NCBI GenBank assembly: GCA_913049785.1
Contig: CAJWXP010000005.1
Span: 14,527-78,526 of the forward strand
DNA: 64,000 bases
Direction of reading: 5' to 3'
Source of the DNA: an uncultured Dehalococcoidia bacterium
GTDB lineage: Bacteria > Chloroflexota > Dehalococcoidia > Lucifugimonadales > UBA1127
The position numbers were made by a program, and so were the translations under genes. The notes beneath the pieces are model-generated. The model was not told where the DNA came from and made no database searches. It saw only the letters and a list, made by a program, of their open reading frames with translations. Shown here in pieces: positions 48,433 through 57,977 of the stretch (positions are counted from its first letter, which is position 1; the number at the start of each line of letters is the position of its first letter).

Positions 48433-49395
48433 ATGAAAATTGGAATCGTGACCTGGAACAGTGGCGCGCGGCACAAGCTGTTCATGGAGCAAGCCTACCC
48501 GGAGATGGAAACCTTTGTGGTGGCAGATTCAGCTTCTGACGAAGAGAAGATAGAGACCTGTCGTGACGCGGAGGCCATCATCATGGTCGCCGCCTCGCTT
48601 TCCGTCGACGTAATCAAAGCATGTCCGAATGTGAAACTACTGCAAGGCATCGGCGCGGGGTTCGACAAAGTGGACATCAAGGCCATCAACGCGTTGGGCA
48701 TCTCCTACGCCAACAACGGCGGTAGTAACGCCATCCCGGTTGCAGAATTCACCATGTCGCTTATCGCGGGCCTGGCAAGGGGTGTCTTTCGTGGAGCGCA
48801 GAACGCCAGAGATGGGAACTGGAACAGCGGACTCCGTGAGACACCATCGTGGGAGATCGCCGGGAAGTGCGTGGGCATCGTCGGCATGGGCGCCATAGGG
48901 CAGCGCGTGGCAAAGATGCTGGAGGGTTACGATTGCGATACGGTCTACTACAAACGCACACGCGTTTCTGCAGAGTTGGAGCAGGAGCTTCACGCTCGTT
49001 ACCTCCCGCTGGACGAGCTTCTACAGGTCTCCGATGTGGTGACCATGCACAACTCGCTGAACAAGAGCACTATCGGGATGATCGGCAAAGAGCAGTTGGC
49101 GTTGATGAAGCCCTCGGCTTTCCTGGTAAACACCACTAGGGGCGCTTGCATCGATCAGGATGCGTTGTACGATGCACTGACCAACGGTGGAATCGCTGGA
49201 GCGGCGCTGGATGTCCTGGCTGAGGAGCCGACACCAAGCGACAACCCTTTTTGGAAGTTGAACAATGTGATCATCACTCCGCACCAATCAGGGATATCCC
49301 AAGAGGCCGTCACAAGGAGTGCAGCATTCGCATTCGCCAACGTACGTCGCGCGGCCTTGGGCGAGCCCATACAATCACTGGTCACACCTGAGTAG
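48433..49395 (+). CDS. D-isomer-specific 2-hydroxyacid dehydrogenase (intact paralogue)
   Basis: GIVGMGAIGQRVA, NTTRGACIDQDAL, DVLAEEP, TPHQSG. Collinear, with high identity to the upstream split copy. Confidence 0.8.
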   Translation: MKIGIVTWNSGARHKLFMEQAYPEMETFVVADSASDEEKIETCRDAEAIIMVAASLSVDVIKACPNVKLLQGIGAGFDKVDIKAINALGISYANNGGSNAIPVAEFTMSLIAGLARGVFRGAQNARDGNWNSGLRETPSWEIAGKCVGIVGMGAIGQRVAKMLEGYDCDTVYYKRTRVSAELEQELHARYLPLDELLQVSDVVTMHNSLNKSTIGMIGKEQLALMKPSAFLVNTTRGACIDQDALYDALTNGGIAGAALDVLAEEPTPSDNPFWKLNNVIITPHQSGISQEAVTRSAAFAFANVRRAALGEPIQSLVTPE

Positions 49396-49425
49396 ATTCA
49401 CAAAACTATCCATTGGAGAGAAACG

Positions 49426-50517
49426 ATGAACTTCAAGATTGCAGTCCTCCCCGGCGATGGCATCGGTCCCGAGGTCACGCTGGAAAGCGTGAAGCTGCTG
49501 GAAGCCATCGGTCGAAAGTACGGCCACACCTTCAACTTTGAGCACGGCGCGGTCGGCGGCAACGCCATCGACGACTTTGGCAGCGCGCTTCCGGACTCCA
49601 CGCTTAAGACGGCGAAATCGAGCGATGCTGTGCTCTTCGGCTCTGTCGGCGGCCCCAAGTGGGACGACCCCAAGGCCAAGACCCGCCCGGAAGACGGTCT
49701 TCTGGCTATCAGAAAGGGATTGGACCTCTTTGCCAACATCCGGCCTGTGAAGGTCATCCCTCAGCTCATAGATTCCAGCACGCTAAAGCCCGCCGTCCTT
49801 GAGGGCGTGGACTTCGTGGTCATACGAGAGCTGACCGGCGGCCTCTATTACGGTCGACCGCAAAAGCGCTGGACGACCTCCAGGGGTCGACGCGCCGTAG
49901 ACACAATGGCGTACACAGAAAAGCTGGTGGGACGCGTCCTCCGCGTTGGATTCGAGATGGCCAGGGGCCGCAAGAAGAAGCTGACCTCTGTGGATAAGGC
50001 CAACGTGCTGGAGACCTCTCGGTTGTGGCGAGAGATGGCCGTAGAGATAGGAAAAGAGTACCCGGATGTCGAGCTTGAACACGTGCTGGTGGACACCGCC
50101 GCGATGCAGCTCGTAAGGACGCCGAGTCGCTTCGATGTGATGGTTGCTGAGAACACCTTCGGCGATATCCTGACCGATGAAGCCGCAGTACTGTGCGGCT
50201 CCATGGGCATGCTACCCTCGGCCAGCCTTGCAGGAATCCCCGAGCCGGGAACCAAAGCCCTTGGCCTCTTCGAGCCGATCCATGGCACCGCGCCGGACAT
50301 TGCAGGGAAGGGCATCGCGAACCCAATCGCCAGCATCCTGAGCACAGCCATGTTGCTGAGATACTCCCTCGGGCTGGAAGAGCCAGCTTTGCTGATTGAA
50401 GACGCTGTCGGTCGCGCCCTGTCCGATGGTTACCGCTCGGCAGACATCGCCTCACCTGGCGACACTGTGATAGGCACCCAACAGATGGGCGACATCATCG
50501 TTTCGCTGCTGGGGTAG
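49426..50517 (+). CDS. leuB: 3-isopropylmalate dehydrogenase
   Basis: [54 protein letters not shown]. Confidence 0.9.
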   Translation: MNFKIAVLPGDGIGPEVTLESVKLLEAIGRKYGHTFNFEHGAVGGNAIDDFGSALPDSTLKTAKSSDAVLFGSVGGPKWDDPKAKTRPEDGLLAIRKGLDLFANIRPVKVIPQLIDSSTLKPAVLEGVDFVVIRELTGGLYYGRPQKRWTTSRGRRAVDTMAYTEKLVGRVLRVGFEMARGRKKKLTSVDKANVLETSRLWREMAVEIGKEYPDVELEHVLVDTAAMQLVRTPSRFDVMVAENTFGDILTDEAAVLCGSMGMLPSASLAGIPEPGTKALGLFEPIHGTAPDIAGKGIANPIASILSTAMLLRYSLGLEEPALLIEDAVGRALSDGYRSADIASPGDTVIGTQQMGDIIVSLLG

Positions 50518-50540
50518 GCAGGGCTTACATAAAGCTGACA

Positions 50541-50575
50541 AAGGGGAGGCGAGGTTTCGCCTCCCCTTTTCGTTT
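50541..50575 (+). terminator. rho-independent terminator after leuB
   Basis: aaggggaggcga-ggtt-tcgcctcccctt (12-bp stem) followed by a T-rich tail. Confidence 0.7.
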
Positions 50576-50646
50576 ACCTTGACACCGCACCAGTAGAATC
50601 CTAGTCTATGCCGAACTAGAGAAATTCAAAACCGGGAGGCTACCTC

Positions 50647-51672
50647 ATGGCCGGTTCCAAAGGCTACATAGACGCTGACGGCCACGTGCGAGACGGTGCC
50701 GCGCAGATGCGCAAGTACATCTCACCGGAATATCAGAATCGCCAGGGTTCCGGCGGTGGCAGCAGCGACTCATTCGACCGTCAGGCAAACGGCACCCTGG
50801 GTGGACCCAGGGAAATGGATGCCAACCATTGGTTGGAGATGCTGGATAAGGGGAACATGGAAACCACCGTGCTCTACCCCACTGGCGGCCTTGGTGTGAA
50901 TTTCATCCATGAAGCCGATTATGCCATCGCCTTCTGCAAGGCGTACAACGACTACATCTCCGAGGAGTTCGTGAAGGTCAGTCCCCGCCTGAAGGCAGTG
51001 GCGATCCTGCCTCTGAAAGACCCTGAAGAGGCCGCAAAAGAACTCTGGCGCGCTGTTACACAACTAGGCCTGTCCGGTGCGATGCTTGGCGCAGACGGCC
51101 CCTTCCTCCTGGGTAAAACCTTCATGGACCCCATCTACGCAGAGGCCCAACGCCTCAATGTCCCAGTAGCCGTGCATGCGGGAGGTTCCCTGAAGGGTCG
51201 TGGTCTGGACGAGTACCTGTTTGACAAGCTGCTCCACGCCCACGTGCTCTCCCACTCCGGGGCACAGATGCGTCAGATGACCAGCATCATCTACGAGGGT
51301 GTGCTGGAGCGCTTCCCTGACCTCACAATTGCATTCCTGGAAGCCGGCTGCACCTGGGTGCCCTACTGGATGGACAGGTTGGACGAGGAGTTTGAGTTCC
51401 GTGGCGAGCAAGAAGCGCCGCTGCTCAAGAAGAAGCCCAGTGAATATATTCGCAGCGATAACGTCTACGTGGCATGCGAGCCTGAAGAACAGCTCCTGCC
51501 GGAAACGCTTCGCATCATCGGCGAGGGGTCTGTGGTCTACGCCTCGGACTACCCACACTGGGACGGAAGCTACCCGGAATCGCTGTTTGAGTTTGAAGAA
51601 CGGGAAGACGTAACAGAGGCACAGAAGCACAAGATCCTTATCGACAATCCAACGGCGCTCTATCACCTGTAA
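50647..51672 (+). CDS. amidohydrolase-2 family metal-dependent hydrolase (ACMSD-like)
   Basis: IDADGHV N-terminal metal-ligand motif, VHAG, and DYPHWDG near the C-terminus. Confidence 0.8.
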   Translation: MAGSKGYIDADGHVRDGAAQMRKYISPEYQNRQGSGGGSSDSFDRQANGTLGGPREMDANHWLEMLDKGNMETTVLYPTGGLGVNFIHEADYAIAFCKAYNDYISEEFVKVSPRLKAVAILPLKDPEEAAKELWRAVTQLGLSGAMLGADGPFLLGKTFMDPIYAEAQRLNVPVAVHAGGSLKGRGLDEYLFDKLLHAHVLSHSGAQMRQMTSIIYEGVLERFPDLTIAFLEAGCTWVPYWMDRLDEEFEFRGEQEAPLLKKKPSEYIRSDNVYVACEPEEQLLPETLRIIGEGSVVYASDYPHWDGSYPESLFEFEEREDVTEAQKHKILIDNPTALYHL

Positions 51673-51712
51673 TAGGGCATTCGGGTCAATACCAGCACGG
51701 GGAGAATACGTT

Positions 51713-53485
51713 ATGACAAATATTCAATCAGGGTCTTTTGAAGCCAGTTGGGGCGAGTACGGCGCGGATGAGTGGTCGGACGCCCTTATGGCATCCATGA
51801 AGCTCGGAGGTATAGATAACCTCTTCTTCGTCTCGGGCACAGAGCTTGCCTTTTACCAGGAGAGCGCTGCAAAGGCCAAAGAGCGGGAGTGGCCTGCCCC
51901 TCGACTTATTACCATGACCCATGAGGGCGCTGCTCTCCATGCTGCAATAGGCAACGCGATGGTCACCGGCAAACCCGCAGCCACAGCAGTCCACGTAGAC
52001 GTTGGGACGTTGAACTACGGCGCAGCGATCCACACGGCATGGCGCGGCGGCTACCCCGTCCTCATCACCGCTGGCACAGGCCCAAGAGGGTACCCTGGGA
52101 CCATGACCGGCGGTAGAGACACCGGCATCCAGTGGGTGCAGGAACCGCGCGATCAGGGCGAGATTTTGCGACAGTACACCAAGCATGACCACCGTCTCGA
52201 ACACCAGGACAACCCCGGGCTCATGGTCAGTCGCCTGCTGCAAGTAGCGATGAGCGAGCCCCACGGCCCGGTGTACCTCACGGTTCCGCGCGAAGTAGCC
52301 ATGCAACCCATGCCCGGTACTACGCGGTTCCCCACCGTTGATCAACTCGGCCTGGCCCGTCCGGCGTGGCCTGACCCCAAAGACGCTAAGCGAGCCGCAG
52401 AATGGCTCATCAAGGCCGACAATCCCTGCATTTACGTAGCTAAATCCGGTCGACATCCAGAGACGATAGCTGACCTTGTCCGACTGGCCGAGTTGCTTGC
52501 GCTACCGGTCATGGAGAGTCTATCGGACAAGCTGAACTTCCCCTCCACCCACCCTCTTTACGGCACAGGCCCCGATGCCAAGGATGCTGACGCCCTTCTG
52601 GTCATTGAGTCTCCGGCACCCTTCATGCCTGGCGTTGGAGCGCCGAGTGCAGACGCCAAGATCATCTGGATAGACGTAGACCCAGTGCAGGCCCGCTACA
52701 AGACCATGGAGCATCGTGCAGACATGTGGCTGCCCGTCAGCGTCACCGGCGCGGTTCAGGCCATCTATGAGGCTGCCACTGGGCTGCTGACGAAGAGCGA
52801 TATGAGTCGCATCGCCGACCGTCGAGCGCGGTTGGAGCAGCGCAAACTGGAGCAAATCAAACGCGGAGAGGACCTGGCAGCAGAGGCCAGCAAGCGCACA
52901 CCCCTCCACCCTCGATGGGTCGCCTACCAGCTTGGACAGGTTCTGGAGCCGGACGCCATCCTGTTGGACGATGCCCTCAGCAACACGCCGTTCGTGCAGG
53001 CTTATCACAAGCGCGATCAGCCGGGAACCTACTTCAAGAGCGGTGGCAGCACCGGGGGTTGGGGCAGCGCTGCGGCGTTCGGGGCCAAGCTGGCCAAGCC
53101 CAACAGCGATGTCGTACTGACATCCGGCGATGGCTACTTTATGTTCGGCTCACCGCTAGCGGGGCTCTGGGCCGCAGGTCACCACGGTGCGCCGTACCTG
53201 GCTGTGGTATTCGTCAACGGTTCCTACAGCACCGGCACTCGGGGCTTGAAAGGCACGTACCCTGATGGTGCAGCCATGCGCGCAGAGAATTACGATGGCG
53301 GCCTATTCGATCCTCCACCGGACTTCGCCAAACTGGCTGAAGCGGCAAACGGCTACGGTGAGACGGTCTACGAGGCGGACGAGGTTGGCCCTGCGCTGAA
53401 ACGCGGGCTTGAGCAGGTGCGCAACGGTACTCCTGCCGTCATAGCCGCCAAGATTCCTACGTTGGTACAGGAGATGACCCTGTAG
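51713..53485 (+). CDS. thiamine-pyrophosphate-dependent enzyme (acetolactate synthase large-subunit-like)
   Basis: Three-domain TPP layout. The C-terminal GDGYFMFG...N motif is a TPP-binding GDG-x24-N type. Confidence 0.8.
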   Translation: MTNIQSGSFEASWGEYGADEWSDALMASMKLGGIDNLFFVSGTELAFYQESAAKAKEREWPAPRLITMTHEGAALHAAIGNAMVTGKPAATAVHVDVGTLNYGAAIHTAWRGGYPVLITAGTGPRGYPGTMTGGRDTGIQWVQEPRDQGEILRQYTKHDHRLEHQDNPGLMVSRLLQVAMSEPHGPVYLTVPREVAMQPMPGTTRFPTVDQLGLARPAWPDPKDAKRAAEWLIKADNPCIYVAKSGRHPETIADLVRLAELLALPVMESLSDKLNFPSTHPLYGTGPDAKDADALLVIESPAPFMPGVGAPSADAKIIWIDVDPVQARYKTMEHRADMWLPVSVTGAVQAIYEAATGLLTKSDMSRIADRRARLEQRKLEQIKRGEDLAAEASKRTPLHPRWVAYQLGQVLEPDAILLDDALSNTPFVQAYHKRDQPGTYFKSGGSTGGWGSAAAFGAKLAKPNSDVVLTSGDGYFMFGSPLAGLWAAGHHGAPYLAVVFVNGSYSTGTRGLKGTYPDGAAMRAENYDGGLFDPPPDFAKLAEAANGYGETVYEADEVGPALKRGLEQVRNGTPAVIAAKIPTLVQEMTL

Positions 53486-53556
53486 CCATATCGTCTGAAT
53501 TCTGATTGCCCGTTCAGCCATACTATGGTTCACTCGTACGTGTGATTTTGGTGTGA

Positions 53557-53586
53557 ATCGTAGTACGTACTATCGTAGTACGTACT
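53557..53586. promoter_or_regulatory. tandem 15-bp repeat carrying two perfect 10-bp palindromes AGTACGTACT (putative operator)
   Basis: atcgtagtacgtact occurs twice, at 53557-53571 and 53572-53586. Palindromes are at 53562-53571 and 53577-53586. A related tcgtacgt sits at about 53534-53541. AAGGAG (53588-53593) and TTG (53601) follow immediately. Confidence 0.45.
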
Positions 53587-53600
53587 AAAGGAGACTCACC

Positions 53601-53869
53601 TTGGCCATTAACCTTTCAACAGAAGGCCTTGCCCGTAGCAGTTCCAACAAACCCTGGATAACCATCGGGATATGGATCGGTATATTGGCTCTCGCCATGT
53701 TCCTCAACGCCACGCTGTTAGGAAGCGCCGCCACCACGGAGTTCCGATTTACTAACGGCGTGGATTCCCAGGCAGCTTTGGATCTACTGGAAGACCGATT
53801 ACGTGGGCCGCGACCAATGACAGGGATGGTCATCGTCCAGTCTGAGACGCTGACGGTGGATGACCATGC
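53601..53869 (+). pseudogene. N-terminal fragment of an MMPL/RND-type membrane transporter, truncated at a tRNA-derived sequence
   Basis: MAINLSTEGLARSSSNKPWITIGIWIGILALAMFLNATLLGSAATTEFRFTNGVDSQAALDLLEDRL...VIVQSETLTVDDHAFQ matches the start of MMPL-family proteins, which are normally longer than 700 aa. The frame then reads through tRNA sequence to TAG at 53921. Confidence 0.5.
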
Positions 53870-53914
53870 CTTCCAAGCAGGTGGTCGTGGGTTCGATTCC
53901 CATCGCCCGCTCCA
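53865..53914 (+). tRNA. tRNA-Gly(UCC) 3-prime fragment only (anticodon arm to CCA); not an intact gene
   Basis: Anticodon loop cttccaa (anticodon TCC at 53872-53874). T-arm gtggg-ttcgatt-cccat. Acceptor 3-prime strand cgcccgc, then discriminator T and CCA (53912-53914). Closely parallels the E. coli tRNA-Gly(UCC) 3-prime half. No complementary gcgggcg 5-prime acceptor strand or D-arm lies upstream. Confidence 0.6.
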
Positions 53915-53938
53915 TCCCTAGCTAACTCAGCTACGAGC

Positions 53939-53971
53939 AAAAGCAGCACCCGAAGGTGCTGCTTTGTGTTT
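53939..53971 (+). terminator. rho-independent terminator downstream of the tRNA-Gly fragment
   Basis: aagcagcacc-cgaa-ggtgctgctt (10-bp stem) followed by tgtgttt. Confidence 0.65.
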
Positions 53972-54250
53972 CGACAACCTGCCTTGCCAATGAAGCATCC
54001 CGATCCTCCCCATGCCGTGGTTCCAGCTCAGAAACATGCTGGACGATGACCTGATGGCTATCTGGTTGCATATTAAGACCATAGAGCCTATCCACAACCA
54101 AGTTCCAGAGCACATCATCAAGTAGCAACCGTGGAATGACTATGGACGCGTAGCATCGCAAGAAAGCAATCCCCAATCCGGCCAATTGCCTTCTTGTCCT
54201 CCCCCTTGTAGCGTGGGCTATAATGAGGGCAATAACACAAGAGGAAAGCC

Positions 54251-57200
54251 TTGTTCACCCACCTTCACGTTCACACGGAGTACAGCCTCCTGGACGGGTT
54301 GAGTCGCATCGGACCCATGGTGCAGCGGTGTCAAGAGCTCGGGATGGATTCCCTAGGCATCACAGATCACGGAGTGATGTACGGGGCAGTAGATTTTTAT
54401 TCCGCATGCCGAGAGGCCGGAATCAACCCCATCCTTGGCTGTGAAGTGTACTTGGCCCCAGGCAGTCACACGGCCCGCACCGCCGCCGATCGCTCCCCGT
54501 ATCACCTGACGCTGCTTGCCCAGAACAACGCTGGGTATCAGAACCTCATCCAGTTAGTATCGCGTTCCCACCTGGACGGCTTTTACTACAAGCCTCGGGT
54601 GGACAAAGACCTGTTGGCGAAGTACTCCAGCGGTATCGTCGCGCTGTCCGGCTGCCTTGCAGGCGAGTTGCCACAACTGACCATTGCCGGCCAGACGGAC
54701 GAAGCCCTGGCCTCCGCACTGTGGTTCAAAGACGTCTTCAAAGAGAACTTCTTCCTGGAACTCCAGCGCCATGACGGTTTACCGGAACTGGACACCGTCA
54801 ACGCAGCCCTGATCGAACTCAATCGCACTCAGGGCATCCCGCTGGCAGCCACGAATGACTTCCACTACGTCAACCATGAAGACGCAAGCCTACAAGATAT
54901 CCGCATCTGCATCTCAACGAACACCACAGTCAACGACGGCAAACGACTGAAGATGGTTGGCGAGTCCTACTACCTGAAGAGCCCCCAGGAGATGTCTGAG
55001 CTGTTTCCTGAGTACCCTGAAGCTATCGCAAACACGCAGCGCATCGCGGACTCCTGCGATGTGCGTATGAACTTCGATCGCATCCGTCTGCCGGAAGTGG
55101 AAACACCGGCGGGCACCACGCCCCAGACGTATTTGGAGCAGCTCTGCCGCGATGGGCTCGCTCGCCGTCGATCCGGCGCACCGAAGCGCTACGACGAGCG
55201 TCTGGACTACGAACTGCAGGTTATCGAGCACACCCAGTTCGCCAACTACTTCCTGGTGGTGTGGGACATCCTGGTCTACTCTCGCAGAGAAGGCATCCTC
55301 TTCGGCGTTCGAGGCAGCGCGGCAGCCAGTTTGGTGCTCTACTGCCTGGGCATCACGGACGTAGACCCGCTGGAATACGACCTGGTCTTTGAGCGCTTCC
55401 TGAACCTGGAACGCAAAGAGATGCCTGACATAGACATGGACTTCCAGGACGACCGACGGGATCAGGTCATCCGCTACGTTGTGGAGAAGTACGGAAGAGA
55501 CCACGTGGCCCAGATCATCACCTTTGGCACCATGGGCCCCAGGGCAGCCATCCGAGACGTTGGCCGCGCTCTGGCCATGCCCTATGCAGATGTCGACCAG
55601 GTAGCGAAGCTTATCCACCCTCGTTCCAGTTCTCTTGCCGATGCGTTGGACATGAGCCCCGAAATGGCAGCGCTCAAGGATTCCAATCCAACGCTGAACA
55701 AGCTGATAACCACAGCCCAGCGCATTGAAGGTACGGCCCACCATGTGAGTACCCATGCCGCCGGGTTGGTCATCTCCGCAGACCCGTTAATAGAACATGT
55801 CCCGCTTCAACGACCGGTGAAGGACGAGGAGAGCGGGACTCCAATGACCCAGTTCCCAATGGAGCCCATAGCCAAGCTTGGGCTGTTGAAGATGGACTTC
55901 CTTGGGTTAGCCAACCTAACCATCCTTGACCGAGCAATAAAACTGGTCGAAGCGAACGGCGGCCCTCGGCTGGTTCTTCCCGACATCCCGCTGGATGACC
56001 CGACCACCTTTGCCCTGCTTGCTTCCGGCGAGACCACAGACGTGTTCCAGCTTGAAGGCTCGGGGATGCGTCGATACATCCAGACGCTGCAGCCGGACAA
56101 CTTCAGGGACATCGCCGCAATGGTCGCCCTCTATCGTCCAGGACCGATGGAGCACATCGACCGATACATCAGGGTGCATCACCGCGAGGAAGCCCCCGAA
56201 TACCCCCATCCATCGCTTGAGGACATCCTAAAAGAGACTTACGGCGTCATCGTCTATCAGGACCAGGTGCTCCTGATAGTGCAGCGGATTGGGGGTTACA
56301 CCCTGGGCGCAGCAGATACGTTCCGGAAGGCCATGGGCAAAAAAGTCGCCGCCATCATGGACAAAGAGAAAGAGGTCTTCCTCGCTGGCGCGGCAGAACG
56401 CGGTTATACGCAGCAAGAAGCTGAGCATGTATTCGAACTGATCGAGCCCTTCGCGGGCTACGCGTTCAACAAAGCCCATGCCGTAAGTTATGCCCTCATC
56501 GCCTACTGGACGGCGTACTTCAAGGCCAATTTCCCGGTAGAGTACATGACAGCCGTCCTCAACCAGCGGTTGGGGAACGCAGAGAAGATGACAGGGACCA
56601 TCGCAGAGTGCCATCGCATGAAGATCGAGATACGCCCCCCGGACGTTAACCACAGCAATGTAGAGTTCGTCATTGAGGACACTCCCGGCAAGCCGCAGAG
56701 CATCCGGTTCGGCCTTGGCGCCATCAAGAACGTGGGTGAGGCTGCAATAGGTCTGGTAGTGGAGTCCAGAGAGGCAGGCGAGCCCTTCGCCAACCTGGAG
56801 GACTTCTGCCGAAGGATGGAGTTGAAGGGCATCAACAAGCGCATCCTTGAGAGCCTGATCAAAGTGGGCGCAATGGATGTCCTTGATTCCAACAGAGGAA
56901 CGCTGCTAGCTGGCATGGACCGCATTTTGGGCCTTGCAACCCAGGAGGCGCATCGTCGTGAGAGCGGCCAGACCACCATGTTCGACCTCTTTGGCGATTC
57001 CGTTGACATGCCCCTCCCGGCGTTGGAACTGCAGCGCGTCGACGATGTTTCCAAGCAGGAGAAAGCGAACTGGGAACGCGAGTTGATGGGGGTGACGTTC
57101 TCCGAAACCCCTTTAGGCAGCATCCTGGCCGGTATTGACCCGGAGACCGCTATAATCTCCACCATGGACCTGGACACATCGATGTCGGGCCAGCGAATCA

Positions 57201-57877
57201 CACTGGTGGGGCAGGTTGCATCGATGCGTGTGCCGACGACAAAAGCTGGTAAGCCCTTCGGCGCCGCCAACCTGGCGCTTTTGGACGGAACGATCGAAGT
57301 GGTAGCGTTCGGTGCCGCTTACGAGGATCATCAGGAACTCTGGAAAGAAGGAAATCTCCTACGGGTGATTGGTCAAGTGCGAGTGCGTGAAGACCAGCTC
57401 TCTATCAACTGTGAAGAAGTCATGACCTACGAAGCCCCGACTGCCAGCACCTCTGCTGGCGAAGAGGAAGCTGCCCCTGCGTTTGTGGAGACGATCACTG
57501 TGCCGACTCAATCGGCTCCTCAGGAGCCGGAACCTGTAGCAGAAGCTACGGAAGTCATAAGTGATAACGGATACAGCAACGGCAACGGGAATTCCAATGG
57601 AAACGAGAATGGGAACGGCCGTTCCACAGCGGGGCGCTGGCTCCAACTGATGCTGCAGGAAACGGACGACCCGCAAGAGGACGAGTACAGGCTCCGTGAG
57701 GCGATGAAGCTCCTTCTGGAGTTCCCCGGACGGGACCCGGTGTTGCTGGAAGTGAAGACCAACGGCAAGGCAGTCCGCTTGGACGCCTCTATCACGGCCA
57801 ACTGCTGCGACGACCTCCGTGGCAGGCTGGAGGAGTTGCTGGGCGAAGGCACTGTGCAGGAGCATACAGCCGCCTAG
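54251..57877 (+). CDS. dnaE: DNA polymerase III alpha subunit
   Basis: TTG start after AGAGGAAAG. PHP domain FTHLHVHTEYSLLDG, polymerase core and OB fold. 1208 aa. Confidence 0.95.
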   Translation: MFTHLHVHTEYSLLDGLSRIGPMVQRCQELGMDSLGITDHGVMYGAVDFYSACREAGINPILGCEVYLAPGSHTARTAADRSPYHLTLLAQNNAGYQNLIQLVSRSHLDGFYYKPRVDKDLLAKYSSGIVALSGCLAGELPQLTIAGQTDEALASALWFKDVFKENFFLELQRHDGLPELDTVNAALIELNRTQGIPLAATNDFHYVNHEDASLQDIRICISTNTTVNDGKRLKMVGESYYLKSPQEMSELFPEYPEAIANTQRIADSCDVRMNFDRIRLPEVETPAGTTPQTYLEQLCRDGLARRRSGAPKRYDERLDYELQVIEHTQFANYFLVVWDILVYSRREGILFGVRGSAAASLVLYCLGITDVDPLEYDLVFERFLNLERKEMPDIDMDFQDDRRDQVIRYVVEKYGRDHVAQIITFGTMGPRAAIRDVGRALAMPYADVDQVAKLIHPRSSSLADALDMSPEMAALKDSNPTLNKLITTAQRIEGTAHHVSTHAAGLVISADPLIEHVPLQRPVKDEESGTPMTQFPMEPIAKLGLLKMDFLGLANLTILDRAIKLVEANGGPRLVLPDIPLDDPTTFALLASGETTDVFQLEGSGMRRYIQTLQPDNFRDIAAMVALYRPGPMEHIDRYIRVHHREEAPEYPHPSLEDILKETYGVIVYQDQVLLIVQRIGGYTLGAADTFRKAMGKKVAAIMDKEKEVFLAGAAERGYTQQEAEHVFELIEPFAGYAFNKAHAVSYALIAYWTAYFKANFPVEYMTAVLNQRLGNAEKMTGTIAECHRMKIEIRPPDVNHSNVEFVIEDTPGKPQSIRFGLGAIKNVGEAAIGLVVESREAGEPFANLEDFCRRMELKGINKRILESLIKVGAMDVLDSNRGTLLAGMDRILGLATQEAHRRESGQTTMFDLFGDSVDMPLPALELQRVDDVSKQEKANWERELMGVTFSETPLGSILAGIDPETAIISTMDLDTSMSGQRITLVGQVASMRVPTTKAGKPFGAANLALLDGTIEVVAFGAAYEDHQELWKEGNLLRVIGQVRVREDQLSINCEEVMTYEAPTASTSAGEEEAAPAFVETITVPTQSAPQEPEPVAEATEVISDNGYSNGNGNSNGNENGNGRSTAGRWLQLMLQETDDPQEDEYRLREAMKLLLEFPGRDPVLLEVKTNGKAVRLDASITANCCDDLRGRLEELLGEGTVQEHTAA

Positions 57878-57977
57878 CACTCTCGTGGGTTTTGCTGCCG
57901 ACGCGTCGGTTCTGCTGACGGTGGGGCTGGGTTTGCGGCAGACAGCTTGCGACCATAGTGCACGATGGAGTGACAGC

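Noticed and set aside
53880-53914. The tRNA-like 3-prime end as the end of a tmRNA (ssrA) gene.
   Set aside because: The discriminator is T, not A. The acceptor strand CGCCCGC does not fit the GGGGCUG/G3-U70 alanine-identity stem of tmRNA. The preceding CTTCCAA loop matches a Gly(UCC) anticodon loop, and the upstream sequence is clearly MMPL coding sequence.
53931-54185. 84-aa minus-strand ORF (MAGLGIAFLRCYASIVIPRLLLDDVLWNLVVDRL...) between the tRNA fragment and dnaE, with a faint resemblance to HepT/DUF86-type C-termini.
   Set aside because: Motif spacing does not fit R-x4-H HEPN proteins. The ORF runs through the intrinsic terminator hairpin (53941-53964) and the dnaE promoter region. There is no SD. 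It could be a degraded remnant, but I cannot support a call.
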